A stretch of DNA of 64,000 nucleotides, from positions 915-64,914 of the forward strand of contig JABHGE010000023.1 in assembly GCA_018672235.1 (NCBI GenBank). The letters are read 5' to 3'. The DNA comes from Fidelibacterota bacterium. Lineage in GTDB: Bacteria > Fidelibacterota > Marinisomatia > Marinisomatales > Marinisomataceae. Made by a program: the position numbers and the translations under genes. Under the pieces are notes generated by a model. It ran no database searches. It was given only the letters and a program-made list of their open reading frames with translations, and had not been told where the DNA came from. Position 1 is the stretch's first letter. Each line of letters opens with the position of its first letter. Of the stretch, positions 58,055 to 64,000 are shown in pieces.

Positions 58055-58746
58055 TGTCCGATAAGGGCAAATTGTTTGTCGTTGCTACACCAATTGGCAA
58101 TTTACAAGATTTTACATTTCGAGCAGTAGAAACCCTAACGAATGTTCATTGCGTATTTGCAGAAGATACACGAACCTCAAAAAAATTAATCAATCATTAC
58201 GATATTGATACAAAATTGTATAGCTATCATGACCATAGTAGTGATAAGGAAATTGCTCGCGTATTAGGGATTCTAAATGACAATAAAGATGTTGCATTGA
58301 TTTCTGATGCTGGGACACCAACTATTAGCGACCCTGGATATAGTTTAATTAGGGAATGTATTAGAGAAGGTATTGATATTGTTCCAATTCCAGGAGCATC
58401 TGCTTTAACTACCGCTGTCAGTGCATCAGGGTTGCCATCAGACGCTTTTACGTTTATGGGATTTTTACCAACAAAAAAAGGAAGACAAAAGAAAATTTCT
58501 TCACTAGAAACTATCGATACTACTATAGTATTATTTGAAAGTCCTCACCGACTGATAAAGACGTTAGTTCAGCTGAAAGAAGCTTTAGGTGAAAGACCCG
58601 TTGTTGTTGCCAGAGAATTAACAAAGTTGTATGAAGAAATTATTAGAGGTAATTTTAGCAGTGCAATAGAGTTTTTTGAATCAAAAAAAGTTAAAGGTGA
58701 ATTAGTAATTATTATTGGAAAAAATCATGACAAAATCTATTTCTAG
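58054..58746 (+). CDS. rsmI: 16S rRNA (C1402-2'-O) methyltransferase RsmI
   Basis: VVATPIGNLQD, AEDTRTS, SDAGTPTISDPG, FESPHRL, VARELTKLYEE. Confidence 0.96.
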   Translation: MSDKGKLFVVATPIGNLQDFTFRAVETLTNVHCVFAEDTRTSKKLINHYDIDTKLYSYHDHSSDKEIARVLGILNDNKDVALISDAGTPTISDPGYSLIRECIREGIDIVPIPGASALTTAVSASGLPSDAFTFMGFLPTKKGRQKKISSLETIDTTIVLFESPHRLIKTLVQLKEALGERPVVVARELTKLYEEIIRGNFSSAIEFFESKKVKGELVIIIGKNHDKIYF

Positions 58747-59356
58747 CGGAAAATTTATTACATTTGAAGGTGTTGATGGGTGCGGAAAATCTACACAAGC
58801 TGAAAAATTAGTTGAAAAACTTTTTGAAGCTAAAATATCAGCCGTAACGGTTAGAGAGCCGGGAGGCGATCCTATATCCGAATCTATTCGAAAATTATTA
58901 TTGCACGCTGAAGAATCTATGTCAGATCGCGCTGAAGCATTATTGATGATTGCTAGTCGAGCACAACTTACCGACAAGGTAATCTTGCCTCATATTATTA
59001 ATGGAAAATGGGTAGTTGCTGATCGGTATGCTGATTCTACGTTAGCCTATCAAGGCGGTGGTAGAGGTTTAAGTGTAAAAGCATTAGAAGAGATTAATGC
59101 TTTTGGAACATATACGCTTAAGCCGGACATTACATTTTTTATTGATATTCCTATAGAAAAAGCAGATGAAAGAATGTCTGTTTCAAGAGATAGAATTGAA
59201 AAAGAAGGATCAAGTTTTCAGGAAAGAGTCAGAAATCAGTACTTAGCTATCAATGCCAAGGACTCAGAAAGAGTAATTTTAATTAATGGGGAACAATCTA
59301 TCGATAAAGTTTTTGAAGATATATGGATCGTAATGCAGGAAAAATTTAATTTATGA
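58727..59356 (+). CDS. tmk: Thymidylate kinase
   Basis: FITFEGVDGCGKSTQ, REPGG, DRYADSTLAYQG; start taken at in-frame ATG 58727. Confidence 0.96.
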   Translation: MTKSISSGKFITFEGVDGCGKSTQAEKLVEKLFEAKISAVTVREPGGDPISESIRKLLLHAEESMSDRAEALLMIASRAQLTDKVILPHIINGKWVVADRYADSTLAYQGGGRGLSVKALEEINAFGTYTLKPDITFFIDIPIEKADERMSVSRDRIEKEGSSFQERVRNQYLAINAKDSERVILINGEQSIDKVFEDIWIVMQEKFNL

Positions 59357-61029
59357 AATATTTAAAAAAAGCATCAATTGTTTTTGTGCTTATTGCGGTA
59401 TGTTTTTTTGGCGTACTACGTAGTCAGCAGCTTGATGTTTATCGCGATATAGCAAGATCTCAACAACAAATTATGACAGTATACAAATACTTGTTAACAG
59501 AATATGTTCATGAACTTGATGTAGAAAAATTAACTTCTAGAATTATTAAATCCATGTTAGAGAATTTTGATCCATATACAGAGTATTATGAAGCAAAAGA
59601 TTTAGAAGATTTAGCTATTAAGACCGATGGTGAGTTTAGTGGAGTAGGTCTTCAGATATATATGTATGAAGATCAATTGACAGTTGTAAGTCCTATTGAA
59701 GGATCTCCAGCATCACGCGCTGGTATTTTTACCGGCGATGAAATTATGAATATCGACGGAGAGACTACGAAGGGCTTAGAGTTAAAAGAAGCTACGAATA
59801 AAATTAGAGGTGACAGAGGAACTGACGTTGTTCTAACCGTTAAAAAGCCAATTACAGGTGAAACAGAAGATTATGTTATAACTCGTGATACTATTACTAT
59901 AAAAGATATTCCATATTATGGTATGGTAAATCCCGAAGTTGGCTATCTCAGAATTACAAATTTCTCAAATAATACTCCAGGTGAAACTAGAGAAGCTCTA
60001 ACCTCTTTAATGGATAAAGGCGCTGACAATATTATTATTGACTTGAGAGACAATCCGGGTGGACTTCTATCGTCATCATTAGATATCTTGGATTTAATTT
60101 TACCGAGAGATTTAGAGATGGTTTCAACAAAGGGTAGAAAAGGTAGAAGTTTAAAGAGTTACAAATCATTAAATGATTCATTTTTACCAAGTTCAGTAGA
60201 TCTAGCAGTATTGATTAGTGGTGGTAGCGCCTCAGCAAGCGAGATTGTTGCTGGAGTATTACAAGATCATGATAGAGCTGTTGTATTAGGAACTCAATCT
60301 TTTGGAAAAGGATTGGTCCAAACTGTAATAGGGATTAATCAAGATACTGCTTTAAAAATTACTAATTCTAAATATTATATCCCGAGTGGGCGTTCCATTC
60401 AAAAGAGAAAATTTATAGATGAAGAATTGATGGCAAATACTGATTCAGCTGCAGATTCATTGTATCAGACAAAGGCTGGAAGAACGGTACTAGGCGGTGG
60501 AGGTATCTCACCAGATATGGTTGTAAAAGATGAAGAAAAATCTTATCCTTTGGCAGCTTCTATTGCAAGAAATGGAGGTTACTTTAGATTCGTACAGCAA
60601 TCTAGCGATCAGTATACATCAATTGATGAGGTGATTGCTGATGATAACTTGATGAAGAATTTTGAAACTTTTATTAAAGATAGTGATATTGAAGGTTATG
60701 TTGACGGTCAAGAAGAGTTAGATCAGGCAAAAGAGAAATTATCAAAAGAAAATAAAGAAAATATTTTCTTAAAAAATGCTTTTAGCGTTATAGAAAGGCA
60801 GATTGATAAAAATCAATCAGAGATGTTTGAGAAGGAAGATGATTTAATTAGAAGGATGATTTTAGGTGAATTTGCTTTCTATTATGATGGAAATAATGGA
60901 AAATATGAATTATATCTCAGCGAAGATACGGTGGTCATTAAAGCTATAGAAATTTTAATGGATGACTCTATTTATTCATCACTCTTAACAGTACCTGAAC
61001 CTAATCAGGTCGCAGTACTCAAAAAATAA
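59353..61029 (+). CDS. ctpA: Carboxyl-terminal processing protease (S41A)
   Basis: DPYTEY, PDZ GVGL, IIDLRDNPGGLL, SASASEIVAG, SFGKGLVQ, YYIPSGRSIQ. Confidence 0.93.
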   Translation: MKYLKKASIVFVLIAVCFFGVLRSQQLDVYRDIARSQQQIMTVYKYLLTEYVHELDVEKLTSRIIKSMLENFDPYTEYYEAKDLEDLAIKTDGEFSGVGLQIYMYEDQLTVVSPIEGSPASRAGIFTGDEIMNIDGETTKGLELKEATNKIRGDRGTDVVLTVKKPITGETEDYVITRDTITIKDIPYYGMVNPEVGYLRITNFSNNTPGETREALTSLMDKGADNIIIDLRDNPGGLLSSSLDILDLILPRDLEMVSTKGRKGRSLKSYKSLNDSFLPSSVDLAVLISGGSASASEIVAGVLQDHDRAVVLGTQSFGKGLVQTVIGINQDTALKITNSKYYIPSGRSIQKRKFIDEELMANTDSAADSLYQTKAGRTVLGGGGISPDMVVKDEEKSYPLAASIARNGGYFRFVQQSSDQYTSIDEVIADDNLMKNFETFIKDSDIEGYVDGQEELDQAKEKLSKENKENIFLKNAFSVIERQIDKNQSEMFEKEDDLIRRMILGEFAFYYDGNNGKYELYLSEDTVVIKAIEILMDDSIYSSLLTVPEPNQVAVLKK

Positions 61030-61035
61030 CTATCT

Positions 61036-62763
61036 ATGACATCTAAGATGCATGCAGGTTTTAGTGTAAGTTCTTTTTTTAAAAACAACAATATCGATAC
61101 AGTCTTTACTTTATGTGGAGGACATATTTCTCCAATTCTCGTTGGATGCGAGTCAGAAGGAATTGATATCGTAGAAGTTCGTGATGAAGTTTCAACAGTC
61201 TTTGCAGCTGATGCTGTATCAAGGTTAACAGACAGTATAGGGGTTGCTATAGTTACCGCTGGACCTGGAGTAACCAACACGATTACTGCTATTAAAAATG
61301 CTCAATTAGCGCAGTCACCATTAATACTCATTGGTGGAGCGGCAGCAACACTTTTACGTGGAAAAGGATCTTTACAAGATATTGATCAAATAGCATTGAT
61401 AAAGCCGCATGTTAAATCAGCTGTAACTGTCGGTAAAGTACGCGATATCATACCATCACTTACCAATGCTTTAAATATAGCAGTATCAGGGGTTCCTGGA
61501 CCAGTATTTGTAGAATTACCCATTGATTTGTTATACCCAGAAGATAGTATTCGCGAACAACATGCAAGCCAGCTTCCATCCACTGGATTTTTAGCTAAGG
61601 CAATGGCATGGTATGTTAATCGACATTTAAGCGATATGTTTTCTAATAAAAAATCATCGATAAAAATTAGAAAAAAAACAAAATTGCTTGGAAGGCAAAA
61701 AGATATAGATAATGCGGCGTTAGCAATCGTGAATGCTAAGAAGCCTGTTGTATTACTTGGAAACCAAGTCACACAGAATAAAGAAGCTTTACCGCAATTT
61801 ATTAAGAGTTTAAACAAGCTTTCTATTCCTACGTATACATCGGGTATGTCACGAGGCTGTTTTAGCGACAAAGATACATTCTTTATGCGTCATAATCGTA
61901 AGCACGCTTTGAAGAATGCTGATGTTGTAGTAACTGTAGGAGTGCCACTGGATTTTCGTTTGGGCTATGGATTTTCTATCAATGCAAAAGCAAAAATTAT
62001 TGCAATCAATAAAAGCAAGATAGATATGAAGAAGAATAGGAAACCTTTTATTGGTATTCAAGGAGATCCAACGCGAGCAATATGTGAAATTGCCAAAGTG
62101 GTTAATCCTCCAAAATGTGAAGAGTGGACAAAAGAGTTAAATATGCTTGAACAGAGTCGTGATAATGAAATTATACAGCAATCTAATATACCAACAGATT
62201 TTGTTAATCCAATCAAATTATGTACTACCATTAATAATTTTCTAGACGATGACAGTATCCTAATAGCGGATGGCGGAGATTTTGTAGGTACAGCATCATA
62301 TGTTGTACGACCTAGAGGACCTTTAAGTTGGTTAGATCCAGGGCCGTTTGGAACATTAGGTGTTGGAGGCGGATTTGCTTTGGGAGCAAAAAGCGCATAT
62401 AAGAATAAAGAAGTTTGGATTATTTATGGAGATGGAGCTTGTGCATTTAGCTTGGCTGAATTTGATACATTTGTTCGTCATAAATTACCTATTATTGCTA
62501 TCGTAGGAAACGATGCTTCATGGCAACAAATTGCCCGAGAACAGGTTGATATGCTCGGAAGTTCAATAGGGACAAATCTTGCCAATACAGCCTATCATCA
62601 AGTAGCAATCGGATACGGTGGAAAGGGTTATGTTGTGGATGATCCTGATAAATTAGAAAGCGTATTATTGCAAGCAAAAGAAGATGTAAAAAATGGACAT
62701 CCAGTATTAGTGAATGTTCGTATTGGAAAAACAAATTTTCGAAAAGGATCTATATCAGTATGA
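61036..62763 (+). CDS. Thiamine-pyrophosphate enzyme, ILVBL/2-hydroxyacyl-CoA lyase-like
   Basis: LCGGHISPIL, VTAGPGVTN, GSLQDIDQ, DGGDFV, LDPGPFGTLGVG, GDG...GN TPP motif. Confidence 0.88.
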   Translation: MTSKMHAGFSVSSFFKNNNIDTVFTLCGGHISPILVGCESEGIDIVEVRDEVSTVFAADAVSRLTDSIGVAIVTAGPGVTNTITAIKNAQLAQSPLILIGGAAATLLRGKGSLQDIDQIALIKPHVKSAVTVGKVRDIIPSLTNALNIAVSGVPGPVFVELPIDLLYPEDSIREQHASQLPSTGFLAKAMAWYVNRHLSDMFSNKKSSIKIRKKTKLLGRQKDIDNAALAIVNAKKPVVLLGNQVTQNKEALPQFIKSLNKLSIPTYTSGMSRGCFSDKDTFFMRHNRKHALKNADVVVTVGVPLDFRLGYGFSINAKAKIIAINKSKIDMKKNRKPFIGIQGDPTRAICEIAKVVNPPKCEEWTKELNMLEQSRDNEIIQQSNIPTDFVNPIKLCTTINNFLDDDSILIADGGDFVGTASYVVRPRGPLSWLDPGPFGTLGVGGGFALGAKSAYKNKEVWIIYGDGACAFSLAEFDTFVRHKLPIIAIVGNDASWQQIAREQVDMLGSSIGTNLANTAYHQVAIGYGGKGYVVDDPDKLESVLLQAKEDVKNGHPVLVNVRIGKTNFRKGSISV

Positions 62764-63152
62764 TTAATAAAATATTCTATCCCGACCCTATATTTAAATT
62801 TATAACCATTCTATTAATGTCATGTTTTTATATGAATGTTGGATTGAAACATTTTATTGAACCGGAATGGTTTATACAAATTATGCCACCTAATTTTCCG
62901 TTTCATTTAGCTTCAGTGTATATTAGCGGGTTTTTCGAAGTTTCATTGGGTTTCTTGCTATTGATACCTAAAACACGATATTATGCTGCCTGGGGGCTTA
63001 TTTTGCTCTTAATTGCAGTATTCCCAGCTAATATCTACCTTGCTTTAACCGATGGAGATGCAATAGGTACTACAGCAGCAATTGCATGGGGAAGACTTCC
63101 ATTTCAATTTCTATTTATTGGATTGGCCTATTGGCATTCAAAAGATGTTTGA
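62760..63152 (+). CDS. DoxX-like membrane protein
   Basis: GLKHF, MPPNFP, SGFFE, AVFPANIY, RLPFQ. Confidence 0.8.
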   Translation: MINKIFYPDPIFKFITILLMSCFYMNVGLKHFIEPEWFIQIMPPNFPFHLASVYISGFFEVSLGFLLLIPKTRYYAAWGLILLLIAVFPANIYLALTDGDAIGTTAAIAWGRLPFQFLFIGLAYWHSKDV

Positions 63153-63227
63153 AAAAGTATTAAATAAGGTCATGCATTTTTTTGCTTGGCTTATTATTAA
63201 TTCAAAAGATAAATAAAGGAGTTTAAA

Positions 63228-64000
63228 ATGTTAAAAAAGATTTTACTATTATTACTCACGGTTGGATTTGTATCAGCAAATACACCGAAGGTTATATTAA
63301 TTACTGGAACTGCATATGGAATTGGTAGATCTACCGCTGAGTATTTATTAGATAAAGGTCATATTGTGTATGGTGGAGATATTTTAGTCGATGAAAATCT
63401 CTATTTAAATGATATTGGCGGCATAGCAATTGAAATGGATGTTACAAATCAGGAGCATGTCGATAATGCTATTTCAAAAATAATTGCCGAACAAGGTAGG
63501 ATAGACGTATTAGTGAACAATGCTGGAATTGCTGTTGGTAGTGCTATTGAGGATATATCAATGGAGGATGCGATGTATCAGTTTGAAGTAAATTTATTTG
63601 GTATTGGTAGAACTGTTAAAGCAGTATTGCCACACATGCGAGATCAAGGAGATGGGACTATTATCAATATTTCTTCAGTATTAGGTAAAGCATATAACCC
63701 TCTTTATGGATGGTACGTTTCATCGAAACATGCTCTTGAAGGTTGGTCTGATGTACTTAGATTGGAAGTGAAACAGTTTGGGGTAGATGTAGTAATCATT
63801 GAGCCGGGCATGATCAAAACAAACATCGGTAATTATTCAGCAAAATATTTTGAAAAATATAGTAAAAACTCAGAATATAAAAATTTCTATGGCTCTCCAG
63901 ATGATTCAGGAGAAAGCAGTTTTGACGATTATTCTGATCCGATAGTAATAGCGAAAGTCATTGAAAAAGCAATAAGTGCTAAAAATCCTAAAACAAGGTA
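63228..64000 (+). CDS. Short-chain dehydrogenase/reductase with N-terminal signal-like peptide (partial; runs off window end)
   Basis: Hand-translated from ATG 63228 (SD AAGGAG): MLKKILLLLLTVGFVSANTPKVILITGTAYGIG...DVLVNNAG...NISS...YVSSK...IEPG. Not in the ORF track. Confidence 0.92.
   Translation, partial: MLKKILLLLLTVGFVSANTPKVILITGTAYGIGRSTAEYLLDKGHIVYGGDILVDENLYLNDIGGIAIEMDVTNQEHVDNAISKIIAEQGRIDVLVNNAGIAVGSAIEDISMEDAMYQFEVNLFGIGRTVKAVLPHMRDQGDGTIINISSVLGKAYNPLYGWYVSSKHALEGWSDVLRLEVKQFGVDVVIIEPGMIKTNIGNYSAKYFEKYSKNSEYKNFYGSPDDSGESSFDDYSDPIVIAKVIEKAISAKNPKTR

Noticed and set aside
3309-62734. Many short antisense or off-frame ORFs in the track (e.g. 3309-3500, 5364-5603, 12192-12644, 20937-21320, 25566-25985, 40827-41381, 42589-43026, 51927-52259, 61386-61871)
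   Set aside because: They lie wholly inside well-supported genes, have no recognisable motifs, and look like codon-shadow ORFs.
1-64000. CRISPR arrays, rRNA, tmRNA next to smpB, riboswitches, IS transposases
   Set aside because: No regularly spaced repeats or such genes were seen, and intergenic gaps are mostly too short for structured ncRNAs.
1-64000. Strong Shine-Dalgarno sites concentrated on accessory genes
   Set aside because: SD-like motifs also precede core genes such as pepF and nadD, so the pattern cannot be supported without a systematic count.

Overview
AT-rich, densely packed bacterial chromosome segment. Almost all genes are on the + strand, with very short or overlapping intergenic gaps. 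Gene content and style (PorV-like barrel, GWxTD protein, BamD, short glycogen-synthase-like gene plus lipoprotein, grpE-dnaJ without dnaK) suggest a streamlined marine FCB-superphylum organism, probably Ca. Marinimicrobia/SAR406 (inference). Most of the window is housekeeping: smpB, tyrS, trxAB, rnhA, mreBCD-mrdA-rodA, glyA, nadD, ftsEX, grpE, dnaJ, rsmD, coaD, icd, obg, pyrD, rlpA, cdsA, lat, rsmI, tmk, ctpA. It also holds a TatT-type TRAP (TPAT) transporter, tRNA-Gly(GCC) and tRNA-Ser(GCT). The strongest candidate for an undescribed system is a seven-gene, translationally coupled operon at 50089-56701. It encodes an orphan GlmL/MutL-like actin-fold ATPase with no glutamate mutase subunits, a multi-hybrid-motif/KOW-like soluble protein, a small protein, two apparently paralogous membrane-anchored proteins (one DUF6754-like) and two polytopic membrane proteins. 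Other notable items: a catalytic-domain-less integrase ORF ending exactly at the tRNA-Gly 3' end, an unlisted 40-aa membrane microprotein, a perfect operator palindrome over an XRE-regulator promoter, and a degenerate direct repeat flanking a small inserted gene. No CRISPR array, rRNA or intact IS element was seen. All family names come from motif recognition and recall, not from database searches.
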